Shown: positions 39,150 through 51,855, counted from the stretch's first letter. The stretch is DNA of 64,000 nt from Rhina ancylostomus (GCA_030265395.1 JARFYF010000001.1:30718978-30782977); one strand, 5' to 3'. Numbers and translations: made by a program. The notes: a model not told the origin generated them from the letters alone.

Positions 39150-39500
39150 AAGGGAAGTTATTTTGAATCTTATGAAGTGCTGGTTAGGCCACAACTGGTG
39201 TATTGCATCCGATTCTGAGCATCTAACTTTAGAAAAAATGTGAAGGCCTTAGACAGGAGCAGAAAGGATTTACTAAAATAATTCCAGGGATGAAAAATTT
39301 CAATGATATGGTTAGATCAGAGAAGCTCTTCTTGGAGCAAAGAAGTCTGAGAGGAGATTTGGTAGAGGTGTTCAAAGTCATGACTGAATTAGATTGGGGA
39401 GTTGCTCCCATTAACTGATGGTTCTAGTGTGACAGAGAACAGATTTAAAATTTTAGGTAAAAGCTGCAAGAGGGATAGAACGTAACACATTTCAACACAG
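39150..39500 (+). mobile_element. CR1 3' ORF fragment
   Basis: LVRPQLVYCIRF and LRGDLVEVFK segments. Confidence 0.7.
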
Positions 39501-39504
39501 AGCA

Positions 39505-39755
39505 AGCACTATGGCTCAAGATGTCTACACTGAACATGATGCCAAATTAAACTAAATCTCTTCTCCCTGTATATGGTCCATATCCATCCATTCCCTACAT
39601 ATTCATGTGTGTATCTAAAAGCCTCTTAAAGGCCACTAATATATCTGCTTCCACCACCACCACCCCTAGCAGACCATTCTAGGCACTTACCACTCTCTGT
39701 GTAAAAAACTTGCCCTGCACATCTCCTTTAAACTTTCCCCCTTTCGCCTTAAATA
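39505..39755 (-). mobile_element. CR1 3' tail
   Basis: Reverse complement matches the 28205-28488 tail. Confidence 0.75.
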
Positions 39756-39805
39756 CATGGGATGAGAGAAGAAGCTTTCATAAATTGCGTAGCTATGGTC
39801 TACAA

Positions 39806-39862
39806 TCCAGAAAATGCTGGAAACACTCAATATGTCTGGCAGCATCTGAGGAAAGAGAGTCC
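39806..39862 (-). mobile_element. Penelope-like terminal repeat remnant
   Basis: cagaaaatgctggaaacactcaatatgtctggcagcatctg. Confidence 0.55.
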
Positions 39863-40587
39863 CTTTGTCAGAACCAGGAGCAGATCACTGTCCTTGAATT
39901 CCAGCTCTCCTCTAGGCCTACTCTATCCATCAGCTGGCTCTGTGACTTTCAATAAGGGAATTCAACAGGTTCTTGAGAGAGGATTATTTGCAGGACAGTG
40001 AGGAAAGTGTGGGGACTGATAGGATTGCTCTATAATGGGTCAGATGGTCTACTNNNNNNNNNNNNNNNNNNNNNNNNNNNNNNNNNNNNNNNNNNNNNNN
40101 NNNNNNNNNNNNNNNNNNNNNNNNNNNNNNNNNNNNNNNNNNNNNNNNNNNNNGGTCTACTCCTGTGCAATAGTAACCCTGTAATTATATGATCCTCTTT
40201 CCTTCACCCTATTCCCATACTCACCAGCTCAGATGTAGAAATTTTGTCCACTGAAGAACTTAGATACTGTCAGAAGTGACATGCAGTCAGGAGAAAATGA
40301 AAAGGGAGCTCAAGCACCAGCTCACCTGAGAGTGAGTTTGCACACAACTTTTGCTGCAAAGAGCACAAATGATGACTTGACAAAATGTTGCAGTTATCTC
40401 CTACTCCAGCCTGTAAACATCCAGAAAAACTAAAGGTGATAGCCGCCATCACCAAAATTGCTGTTGGCTGAATGGTTCCAACTCTTCCCTGCGACAGTCT
40501 TCACCCACCAACTCACTGAAGCAAAGTTATCTCAAATATTATAAACAGTAAAATTGTTCTCTGCAAAGTTTTGGATCTACATGGACA

Positions 40588-40925
40588 GCACTTTGACATA
40601 GCAAGTAGTCTAGGTGCCTCGCAGTTCCAGTGAGCTTGAATCAATGCTGACCTCTGGTGCTGTCTGCATGGAGTTTACAGGTTCTTCTTGTGGCCATGTG
40701 TGTTTCTCCTTATGCTCCAGTTTACTTCCACATCCCAAAGCTGCTTTGGTTGTGAGGTTAATTGGTGACTATAGATTACCTCTTGCATAGGTGGCCAGTA
40801 GGAGAATCACTTTAGAATTGATGAGTATATTACACAGTATGTTACAGGAAAATGTGGAGAATGGGATGGATGGGAAGGCTCTGGAGAAATGGCATAAACT
40901 TTATGGGCTAAATGGTATCTTTTTT
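40588..40925 (+). mobile_element. HE1/V-SINE-like SINE
   Basis: Decayed tRNA-like head, V-domain-like core (gtgctgtctgcatggagttt...cttccacatcccaaag...ggttaattgg) and CR1-like tail (atgggctaaatgg). Confidence 0.7.
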
Positions 40926-40989
40926 ATTATATATAAAAAATGAAGTTAGATTGCATATGTTAAAGTTCTACAGGTAGTAATGAGCTTCT

Positions 40990-41212
40990 GATGTTGGTTG
41001 AGGGCTGTGTGTTAGCAAGAATATTCCTCAGGTTTTATTCAAGTAATACAGGGAGACCTTTTACTTGTACTCGAGAATGTCACATCCAAAATCTGGAATC
41101 TCTGAGAGTGCAGCATGTCCTCACTAACAACATTGAACTTTCCGCAAGCATTACATGCTAAGACTTAAACCCTCATCTTCAAACCCTGGCACAGAATGTA
41201 ACCATTGTGCCA
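40990..41212 (-). mobile_element. Deu-domain-like SINE remnant
   Basis: gatgttggttgaggg...cttttac...gagagtgcagcatgtcctcact...; related to 30808-30990. Confidence 0.45.
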
Positions 41213-41556
41213 AAACTTTTTTTCTTTTAAAATAAAAGCTTATCTCTTTTGGAAGGATTTTAACATTGGCAAGTGGTCAGTTAAAATTGGACACCTAGAA
41301 AGCCCCAAATTCAATTCTTTGGCACTATTTTCATTTTAATGAGCAGAGATCTGCAGGAGGGTAAGACCCTTCCCCAAAGTAGTACATTTCTGCAAACTCA
41401 CAATGCTATTGAATCCAAAATAGATGCCACTACAGCTGGAATATTTATTCCAAGATAATATCTCATCAAGTGTTTGGAAACATAAAACAACTGACAGGTG
41501 ATAAATGAAAACAAACAGCTCCTAGCATTTACGATTTGATGATACCTCTGTGAAAT

Positions 41557-41806
41557 TATAGCAGCTAGCTATGCTGATTAAAGACATGAGACACTTGTTT
41601 GAAGTCAAAGAGTCGAATGAATGACCGGGGTGTGCTTTAATACTCACAGTTCCCACACTGACGTCATGCATGGGTCATGTAACCTTCCCACGTGCAGGTT
41701 TTCCCAGCCCAACGAAGAAGAAGGAGTGCCCTGCGCCATCTTGGATCAGGGCCTCCAACGACACTCGCGATCATGGGAGCCAGTTCGCTAACGGTAAGTC
41801 ACTACA
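41557..41806 (-). mobile_element. Solo LTR, copy A, with 4-bp TSD AAAT
   Basis: 250 bp homologous to 43203-43455. Termini TATAGC (decayed from TGT) and CTACA. AAAT lies at 41553-41556 and 41807-41810. Confidence 0.85.
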
Positions 41807-42434
41807 AAATAGTTATTTATGGAGTACCTATAGCTTGACTCAGCTAACTGCTAAATTATGGAAGAGCACCATGATCCAGACCACATACAGGTGTTAGTCT
41901 TTAGGTTTAGGTATGCATACAGTATGATGTCAAATCTTCACAAACATTATATACTTATTGAGCTGAAATGCACTGTGCCAATTTTAATTAAATAGAAAAG
42001 CAAATTTGATAATTACATTCACATGTCAAAGCTAAAAGTTTAAATCAAACTTGATGTATTCTCATTCTCAAGTATGTAAAATTTAATACTGTAAAAATTA
42101 GGACTGTAGTTTCTCCTATAGAAAAGTCAGAAAATGTTCATTCTTCTTTATGGAATAACACACTTTAAAATATAGAACTTCCAAGATAATGGTTTCTTTG
42201 CAGGTCATGAAAATTTACCACAAATCCCGATGTACACATTTTAATGATATTTTAACAGCTCAGTGGATGATCTAAAAAAACTTAAGGGTCACAGAACAAG
42301 TATAAATGCTCCAAAATTCATGAATGTAGTTATCATGGTAGGTAGCAAGAGATACATTTGGATGCAGCTCCTTAGAAAACCACAGGTAAGTCACCAAGAT
42401 GATGCACAATCAGTACGTTATCTATATTAATTGA

Positions 42435-42975
42435 TTTAGAGGCATAGAACTAAACAACACAGAAAAAGGCCCTTTACCGACCAAGTTGCCTAACTGAGCT
42501 AATCTCATCTGCCTGCATTTGACCCATATCCCTCTAAACCTATCCATGTAACTGTCCAAATGCCTTCTAAATGTCATAATTGTACCCACCTCTACCAATT
42601 CCTCTGGCAGCTGATTCCATAAATTCACCACCTTCTCTGTAAAAAAGTTACCCCTCAGGTCACTTTTAAGTCTTGTCCCTTTCACTTTAAACCTATGCCT
42701 TCTAGTTTGGGACTCGCTTACCCTAGGGAACAGACTTTGGCTATTCACCTTAGCTATGCTGCTCATGATTTTATAAACCACAATAAGGTCAATGCTCAGC
42801 CTCTTAGGCTCCAGGGAAAACAAATCCTAGACTATCCAGCTTCTCCTTATAACCCATACAGTAACATCCTCATAAATCTTTTTTGCACCCTCTCCAGTTT
42901 AATGGCATCCTTCCTATAGCAGGGTGACCAGAACTGTACTCCAAATGTGGTCTTTCCAGCGTCTTGTACAACCAC
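42435..42975 (-). mobile_element. CR1 3' end
   Basis: ORF 42422-42823 (FSLEPKRLSIDLIVVYKIM...GNFFTEKVVNLWNQLPEE). Confidence 0.9.
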
Positions 42976-43202
42976 GCAGGTCTTGTGCAGGTGCCTATGA
43001 ACAACTCCCATTACATCCTTAAGTCCAGTCTTGCTCCTCGTTTCTCATCAGTGTTTTGGATAATTGCTTTACACAGATAGATTCAGAGAGGAAAAATGGA
43101 AAGAGGCTCAAATGGAACATAGGTGTTAGGCTGTTTAGGCTTCATGTAGCCTATGTAATCCTATGTTTTCCTTTACTTGTGACCTCTCTTATATTAGTAG
43201 AG

Positions 43203-43455
43203 TGTGGCAGCTAGCTACACTGAATAAAGACCCGAGACACTTGTTTGAAGTCGAAGAGTCGAATGCACGACTGGGATGCGCTGCCCCTTTAATAAACACA
43301 GTTCCTGCACTAACGTCACGTGAGGGTCACGTGACCTTCCCGCGCGCGGGCTCCCCTAGCCCAATGAAGAAGGAGTGCCCTGCGCCATCTTATATCGGGG
43401 CCTCCGACAACACTCGCAATCGTGGGAGCTGGTTCATGAACGGTAAGTCACCACA
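43203..43455 (-). mobile_element. Solo LTR, copy B, with 4-bp TSD AGAG
   Basis: TGTGGC...CCACA, 253 bp. AGAG lies at 43199-43202 and 43456-43459. CpG-rich, with ATTAAA on the minus strand. Confidence 0.88.
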
Positions 43456-43719
43456 AGAGTATATTTAATCAATACTATCCCCCTTCCTCTTCCATGTTTA
43501 CCACCTTTGCTAACAACATTATCATTTGCATATTTAAATCCCAATAAGCTTTAGCTGTATCTTTGTAATGCACCTTCTCAGCTGTGTTTCTACCTCTCTC
43601 AAATTCATATACTCCACACATTACTGTACATCCGCTTAATTAGGCAAAAGACTGGAATCTGTCCTTTTGCCATTATCCTGTTTTCTCGCACCATTTAACT
43701 GAACTGTTTTTTTTTCTTA

Positions 43720-44012
43720 TTCATTTAGGTATTACAGGCACGGCCATCATTCACTGCATTGTTGAACTGTTGTAATCCTTCAGCTGAAGGTACTCCCACA
43801 GCCCTGTTGAGGAAGGAGCTAAAGGAGTCAGACCCCAGTGAAAATAACGGAACAGCAATATAGTTACAAGATAGGATGGTGCCAAACTTGTAGAAGAATG
43901 TGCAAGTGGTGCTGTATCAGTGTTCTTGCTGCACTTGTCTTTGTTGGTGATAAAGGTCACAGGCATGGGAGGTGCTGTCAGAGTAGACAAGGCAAGTAAC
44001 TGCAGAGCATTT
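43720..44012 (-). mobile_element. LINE 3' end (CR1/L2 group), probably the clade of 51290-54160
   Basis: Minus strand resembles W.YI...F...G...WNSL...VG.PS, the terminal ORF2 pattern. Confidence 0.5.
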
Positions 44013-44559
44013 TCTATTTCTGTGTTTCCTATATTGGACCTCCACTTAAACAGATAGAAATCTTTGGTTAGCTAATGGCACAAGCTGCTTCCTGTTTGAT
44101 TTTCCACTATTTTTTGCATCTGATTAAATGGCAAAGCAGCACAAAACTAAAGTCAAGCTGTGTTAAAATGGCCAGACCATCATCTGCTTCAGAGCAAAAA
44201 TCTGCTTCTGCCTGATCATCACCCTTTGGAGAGGTACTATATACAAACTGGAGACCTTCAGAGGCTAATTGCTTTTTTTAGAGAAACTTATTCTTCAGTT
44301 TAGAGTCTACATGAAACTAATCTTTTCTTTGCCTTAGTAAGTGACTGCATCAGGAAAGTCACAGTAAAGAAAAACAACAGGAAGCCTTTCTCCTAACCTA
44401 ACCTGACTTACCCTTGCCATCTGGGCACATTCTGACATAAACAGTGGAAAAATGTCCAGTAAATGATGGTTGTCAGTTAAAGCCATGCATCCAAATGCTC
44501 CAGTTGTAGATGAACCAATGCTTCATAAAAATTCATCGGATCTCCCTGGCTCTTGTACC

Positions 44560-45235
44560 CCATACCTCTATTTCTGGGATTTAGTATGCTTCTTTTAACC
44601 ACATTCTCAGCCCACATGCAACTTTCAACAATTTACACACATATACCCCAGATCTCTCTATTTCCACACTTCTTTTAGAATTGTCCTTCTTAGTTTATAC
44701 TGCCTCTTCTCTCTTTGTACCAAAATGTAACAGTTCAAAATTTTCTGTATTAAATTTAATCTTCCAGGTATTCTACCCATTCCACTAGTCTGACCATATC
44801 CTCTTGATATCTATTCCTCATATTTCACCATACCTCCAATTTTTGTGTTATCTGTGCTCACAAGTCCAAGTCATCAATATATATTAAGAACAGTACCAAC
44901 TCCAGGAACATCACAATTCCCTTCAGTCAGAAAAAACAACTGTTTACAAATGTTCTCTGTTTCCTACCATTTAGATAATTTTGTACCATGCTGCTACTTT
45001 AATTCCATGGGTTTCAATCTTGAGAACAAGTCTATTAGTAGCATTTTATCAAACATGTTTAAAAAAGTCTCTATATACCATATTTCCCTTATTAATCTCA
45101 TTTTACATCTCCAAAACTTCCATGATTAGTTATGATTAGGACTTAACCTAATCAATCCACACCTGTCCAAATGATTAATAATTCAGAATCTGATTGTCAT
45201 TTCTTAAAGTTTCCCCAACCACAGAGTGTAAACTA
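44560..45235 (-). mobile_element. CR1 RT region, decayed
   Basis: Inverted segments resembling D..Y.DF.K.FDK (about 45045-45080) and ADNTK.GG (about 44830-44855). Confidence 0.6.
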
Positions 45236-45244
45236 AAGAAAGAG

Positions 45245-46015
45245 AAACAAAGGACTACAGATGCTGGAATCTTCCCACATTCCAAAGACATATGGGTTAG
45301 GAATTTGTGGGCATGCTATGTTGGCGCCAGAAGTGTGGTGAAACTTGCGGGCTGACCCCAGAACATTCTACGCAAAAGATGCATTTCACTGTGTGTTTCG
45401 ATGTACATGTGACTAATATCTTATCTTAAAAACACGATGATGCTGGAGGAACTCAGCAGGCCAGGCAGCATCGGTGGAGAAAAGCAAGCAGTCAACTTTT
45501 CAGGTCAGGACCCTGCTTCAGGACTGAAAATAGGAAAAGGGGAACCCAATATATAGGAGGGAAAAGCAAAGCAGTGACAGGTGGGCTAAAGAGGGGAAGT
45601 GGGGTGAACACAAGGTGGTGATAGGTAGATGCAGGTTAGAGANNNNNNNNNNNNNNNNNNNNNNNNNNNNNNNNNNNNNNNNNNNNNNNNNNNNNNNNNN
45701 NNNNNNNNNNNNNNNNNNNNNNNNNNNNNNNNNNNNNNNNNNAGGAGAGAAAGGGAAAACAGGATGGAAAAAAAGAGGCAAGGAAAGGGAAGAAGAGAAG
45801 AAACATGATGGGCTGGGAATTGTGGAGAAGTGGGGTGGGGATTACCTAAGGTGGGAGAAATCAATGTTCATGCCGTTAGGCTGCAAGGTTCCAAGACAGA
45901 AAATGAGGTGCTGTTCCTTTTGTGCTTGGAATTCTCCCGGCAGTGGAGGAGGACGAGGACTGTCATATCAGTGATCGTGTGGGAGGGGTAATTGAAGTGA
46001 TTGGCAATGGGGAGA
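45245..46015 (-). mobile_element. Penelope-like element 3' end (GIY-YIG C-terminus plus terminal repeat)
   Basis: Minus strand encodes LPIANHFNYPSHTITDMTVLVLLHC..EQHLIFCLGTLQPNGMNIDFS. A hammerhead-like motif lies at 45489-45526 and a SINE interrupts the repeat. Confidence 0.85.
45272..45428 (+). mobile_element. 5'-truncated V-SINE-like element nested in the PLE repeat
   Basis: Begins with V-domain-like tcccacattccaaagac and ends (TATCT)n. It splits gatgctggaatct|aaaaacacgatgatgctgg. Confidence 0.65.
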
Positions 46016-46099
46016 TGCAGATGACGGGGAAACTAACTTGCCTGTAGTGGCTGGTATTTTACCTTCCACACTTTTTGAACAAAGGTGGAACACTTGCAA

Positions 46100-47930
46100 T
46101 TGCCTAGTCCTCAAAACTACCTTCATATTTCTAGATTCTCGGAAGGTTTCTGTCCTTCACCCTGCAATTTCCATCCTTCCCTCCCTCAGCAGCAGAGGAT
46201 ACACACCACCTAGATTGAGTGACTTATTGCCTTTTGAGTACCTGTTTTTTCTATCATGTTTAGACTTTCCAGTTTCTTATACATTGTCCTTTGTGAAGGC
46301 TTTAGTACCAGTATCTATCTTGCTCAAGATCTACGTGATATAAAGGCAAAGCCTTCTGCCTTCATGAGTCAATCTCTCTATTGGCCCTGATCAGCCACAT
46401 CTCTTTTTACTGCCTATTTACTGCTTACATGGTGAAAGAGGATCTCTGGTTCCTCTCTTATGTTTGTCACTTTGCTTTTTTCATACCCCTTCTTTGCCCC
46501 ACTTATCTTTTGCGCTTCTCACTAAATTTATTACAGCCAGCCTTCTTCTCACTGGTTCTATCAAACTGAAACAGTTATATGCCCCTTTTCTGCTTTATTT
46601 TATGATCCCTTTGATCACCCACTGTGCTCTGACTTCCTGAATTTTCCTCCATTTCTCCCTGACAGGAATATGCCTGGACTGACTGTGAGCCCTCCCTTCC
46701 TTGATCAATCACAGACTTGCCTGCAAATTTTTGATTCAAATTTACCCAGGCTGGATCTGTTATCATCCTACTGACTTTTACAATAATTCTTCAGGACCTT
46801 ATGATACTATGATCACTATCCCCTAAATATTTCCACACTGATATTTGGTCCACTTGCTTCACCTCATTTCCCAGAACCAAGTTCATCAATGCTTCCTTCT
46901 TTTTTTGGGTGGTAAAAATATTGTCAAGAAAATTCTCCAAAACACAATTCAAAAATTCCTCCTCCCTTTGCTGCTTATATTATTGTTATTACTACTTAGT
47001 ATTGTCTTCCATTGTCACTAATCTATAGCTTTTAATTTTCCTACATATATGCTGCACTATATGCTTTCACTAATTGACTGTTTATAGAGAATTCACAGTA
47101 ATTTATCGTGTTATAGAGTCATACAGCAAGGCAACTGGCCCTTCAGCCCAACCTGTCCATGCCGTCTGTGTTGCCCAGCAAGCTAGTCCCATCTGCCCAA
47201 ATTTGGCCCATAGCCCTCTAAAAACCTCTCCTATCCATGTACTTCTTCTGATCTAAAATCCATCTGATTTCCATCTGATTCCATCCGATCTACCATCTGA
47301 TTTAAAATCTAGATGGATTTTAAATGTTGCTAATGTGCCCGCCTCAACTACTATTTCTGGCTGCTCATTCCAAATACATACCACCCTTTGCGTGAAGAAG
47401 CTGCCCCTGATGACCCTTTAAATCTCTCGCCTCTGATCTTAAACCTATGCCCTTTTGTTTTTAGCACCCCCTCCCTAGGAAAAAAGATTATGTCCTTTCA
47501 CCCTTTCCATGCCCCTCTTGATCTTATATCAGGTCACCCCCCACAATCTCCTGTGTTCCAGGGAATAAAGTTTAATGACATTTTTATTGTTTCTGAATTC
47601 TCTCCAAATATATTCTTCCTTTGACTACTCCAGAACATCCCCCATCTCCAGATCGGGAAGCTCCCCTTTAATATTGCTACCCATCCCCCCATCTTTTCTC
47701 TTCTTCTCTTGAACATTTTGCATCCTGGAAAATGTAGTACCTTGTTCAGTCCTTTCTTCGCCAGTTTCTTGTTATTACCACAGTATCCTTATATCAAATT
47801 GTTAATTGTGACTGCATTTTTCCAATCATGTCTAGTAAACTTTTGTGTGTTTATGTACCTTCCCTCTAAAGCTATCATTGACCTGCTTGCACTCACTCTT
47901 AACCTAGGCCTATCTAACCACATTAACCTG
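46100..47930 (-). mobile_element. Old CR1 (endonuclease-side region) with a younger CR1 3' end inserted at about 47110-47570
   Basis: Inverted GNSDH..I- and LDL.L.NE-like segments near 46810-46890, and a CR1 tail ttatagagtcatacagc starting near 47110. Confidence 0.6.
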
Positions 47931-47931
47931 C

Positions 47932-48741
47932 TGTTACGTACCAGCAACAAAATAAATGTATAAGTGTTAAAAACTACTTTATTAATAACNNNNNNNNNNN
48001 NNNNNNNNNNNNNNNNNNNNNNNNNNNNNNNNNNNNNNNNNNNNNNNNNNNNNNNNNNNNNNNNNNNNNNNNNNNNNNNNNNNNNNNNNCCACTTCTTCA
48101 TCTCAACGTGTCTGCCACACTCTAGAGCATCCGTGCCGTGGCCATTCACGCCAATGACCTGTTTTCCTCCACAGGTTACCGACAAAGTGAACTCCACCGG
48201 ATTACTCTCAACAATCCATACGTGGATTACAGGGACAGTCACAGTTATTGTTTCTCATTCATCGACAGAGAAAACAAGCAGGCTGGTGTCTCTTTCTTTC
48301 TCTCTCTGTTCTTCTGTCGCTCTCTCTCCNNNNNNNNNNTGGTTGTTTCAACAACAACGTCATGACGTTCTTTATCTTCTGTTGACATAAGCACGCCACT
48401 CACACTCACACACTCACCACTCACACTCACACTCACACACTCACACTCACACAGACACACACTCACACACTCAGACTCACACACACTCACTCACACACAC
48501 ACTCACACTCACACTCCACACACTCACNNNNNNNNNNNNNNNNNNNNNNNNNNNNNNNNNNNNNNNNNNNNNNNNNNNNNNNNNNNNNNNNNNNNNNNNN
48601 NNNNNNNNNNNNNNNNNNNNNNNNNNNNNNNNNNNNNNNNNNNNNNNNNNNNNNNNNNNNNNNNNNNNNNNNNNNNNNNNNNNNNNNNNNNNNNNNNNNN
48701 NNNNNNNNNNNNNNNCTCACTAATAGTCCTAGTCTGCAACA
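47932..48741 (-). mobile_element. Solo LTR-like element, family of 62956-63847
   Basis: The minus strand starts TGTTGCAGACTAGGACTATTAGTGAG and ends AATAAAAG...GGTACGTAACA. Flanks CTGC/CTGG match 3/4. Contains a (CACACT)n microsatellite and N gaps. Confidence 0.75.
48398..48527. repeat. (CACACT)n / (CA)n microsatellite inside the LTR
   Basis: Directly visible tandem array running into an N gap. Confidence 0.9.
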
Positions 48742-51568
48742 CTGGTCCTATTTAAAACCAGATTATTTATTGCTCTGGTGCAATCAATAGCTCCCTCTGC
48801 ACCTTTTGCTTCCTTTTCAGTATTGCATCTTGGTGCTCATCTTCTTGCCAAATTAAGTGTGGCCATCTAAACATTCTACCTATGCATGAACTTCTTCGTA
48901 TTGATTATTATCATATGGCAATCAGTGTGATTTTGTTGAATTTGCTACAGCATTTCTGACATTATAATGGTGACTGCAATTCAAATGTATTTTGAGATGG
49001 TGTGACAAGTGCTCATCTTTCAGATGAACATTAAGGAACCTATTATCTCCAAGTTTCACTTCCTGTCAGATGGATTATCCATTAAAGGAGGAATGACAAA
49101 ACACAGGGAAAATTTTGTAGTCTTGTTGCAGTGGCTGCAAGTCTGTTGGAAAGTGAGTACAGTTTGTGTGCATGTCACAAATGATATACCTCATAGTCTC
49201 TTGCACTGCATGCCTATTACCTCCAGACAGGTTTTCCTGATTGAATCCAATGAACAAGTAATTACATGTATTTTCTTCTTTGGCACTCCACACATAACAG
49301 AAATGTTTCAGGGAAGCTAACAAGGAGGAAAAATGTAGATATGGATATTTTCAATCACCACAATGAAACTCTAATCTAATCAAGCTTCTTCAAATAATAA
49401 TCTTCCTTAGATTGGAAAAGTTCATATAAAATCTGAATCAAATATGTTACTTGCCAAATCTTCAGTCTTTATATTTATTATTAGCTTGCATTTTTCTACA
49501 AAGCCTTTCCTATGCAATGAGGGGAAATAGTTGGTTGAACGCACCATCAGCAGATAAGATGGAAAAATTAGGAGCTTTACTTCAATGAAAAGTGCTTGTC
49601 ATGTTTTTAACATATTTGTAAAACAGAGAATCAAGCTGTTAAAAACAATATTAGTAATCATATTATCTACATTAAGCCTCAGCAAATTTCACAATAATCT
49701 GAACAAAACCGCAACATAATACAGATTGCTGTTACATAGCACAGCCACCTGAAAGGCTAGTTCCTTCTGTTCTATTGAATTCTTACTGTATTGTAAAATT
49801 GAACGTGCCAACGTGAAACAGCCAAACTTAACAAACAGTAAGTGCCTGTCATAGCAGAACATGTTTTTATCTTATAACTACTGACTTGGTACATTAAATC
49901 TAACATGACACCTGCATATATGAGCTCCAAAAGGCCCAACCAATACACTTTTTGTGTGGGGTTCAAAATAATTGTCTGGTGCTCACTCACAAAATAGATG
50001 GGAACCCTAATTAAATAAAATCAGGGTTTCAGCCATTGTAAACCCTAATATTTTTTAATGAACAATGGTCTGACCGAACAAATAGGAATAACATAAGCAA
50101 ACTCAAAAAAAGCTTGCTGAAATATTTTTCTTTTAAAAATAACCCTAGGACATCCATCACTCACTGCCTCCTTTTTTCTCTGTGAGATTATTTCCACACT
50201 CTCAATTCTTCCCGACTGCCATGCACCACAGTTCTCTCAATCAGTTGGTATCCAAATAGTTTCCTTCCTTCTAATCTCAATATGCCTCATTGCACTTTTT
50301 TGGCACTTATATCTCAGTGGTCACATAACATTGACACTTCACCACTAAAATGTCAATGTTTAGATTCCTACATCCTTCCAATTCCTGCAGCAAACCAAAA
50401 CTAGTTTCCCTATATCAAATTATTTTTCAATCTGAATGAATTTACCTTCTCTTCTGCTACAACTTATATCACTTATTTTCAACTCAATTCAAGTTGAATT
50501 ATGAAGCAAATTCAAATTTCCACTTATCACAACTTTAGAAGGCACTATGACCTGATTTCTTTTTCCTGACTAACCTGGCGATCTATAAAAACTGCCCATG
50601 AAGTCTATTGCAGCTTTGGTTTTCTTGATTTCCACACAAACTGCTCCTGACAGTTTTCCTTTTAAGGACAAAGCTCTTCACTCATTTGCTGTCAAACCCT
50701 TAATATTGAGCTGGATTTCATTCTATTCTATTTGCTCTATCATTTTTCAACTTTACAATATCCATTGTATTAATTGCAAGACAATTCCTCTGCACCAAGC
50801 CTGAGTTAGTTTTGCCTTTTCTAATTTTGATTGTTTTCATAAACTTTTCAATCCATTACTTATTTTGTATTCTCCTTGCATTAGTGTAAAAACACAGTGC
50901 TGTGGTTTGCCTTTGAATGAGACATCAAGCTGAGGCACTCTCTGTCTGTTCCAGTGTTTCAGGTGGACATCAAAGATCCATTTTGAAAATAAAAACAAGT
51001 TTAGATTGACTTATACAAAAGGAATAGAAGAAAGGTTAGGAAAACACTCTGAAATACATTTATCTCAGAGGATGTCCAAGACAGATACATAAAAACTGAC
51101 TTTACGTAGACAGTTGTTGTCTTTTTTTGTATCCTAAAATGCTTTTTATCAAATTAACCATGTTTTGCAATGCACATACTCATGCTGTGGGCAAACAAGA
51201 CAACCAATTTATGCAAAGCCTGATCAAGAAATGATAAGAATATTTTTGTTATTGTTTGCAAAAGTTCAGAAAAAAGCCCCTATTTGGAAACCTGAGTTCA
51301 AATTCTATCATGGCAGCTGAGTAGTTTAAATTCAATTAATAATTTTGAGAAAAAAATGATGCCCAAAAAATCTCTATATCTGTCTGGTTCATTATGTCCT
51401 TCTGGAAAACAAATCTGTCATTCTTACCTGCTCTGGCCTACAAATAATTCCAGTCCACTCTATATGGTTGACACTTAAATGCCTTCTGAAGTAGCTTTGC
51501 AAGTTATAACATTATCACTGCATTCAATCAGAGAAGGAATATAATATCAGAGAAGGCTCAATATTAAG

Positions 51569-51855
51569 GGCAACTGCTCTGCCCAGGACCGCAAGAAACT
51601 GCAGAGAGTTGTGGACACAGCCCAGTGCATCACGGATACCAGCCACCCCCCCCCCTTGGATTCTGTCTTTACCTCTCATTTTCTTGGAGAAGCAGACAGC
51701 ATAATAAAGGACCCCACCCACCCGGGACATTCTCTCTGTACTAACTCAATGTAACTGCACTGTGTAATGAATTGACCTGTACGATTGGTGTGCAAGACAA
51801 ATTTTTCACTGTACCTTGGTACAAGTGACAATAATAAACCAATACCAATACCAAT
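51569..51855 (+). mobile_element. Rex1/Babar-like 3' fragment, internally deleted
   Basis: GNCSAQDRKKLQRVVDTAQCIT, then a jump at ctct to the UTR and a (CCAATA)n tail. Confidence 0.85.

Noticed and set aside
41557-43455. A single full LTR retrotransposon or TRIM bounded by the two ~250-bp repeats
   Set aside because: The outer flanks differ (AAAT vs AGAG), each repeat has its own TSD, and the interior has no retroviral sequence.
41670-43468. Paralogous small ORFs (GHVTFPRAG..KECPAPS) suggesting a duplicated peptide gene
   Set aside because: Both are incidental frames through the two solo LTRs.
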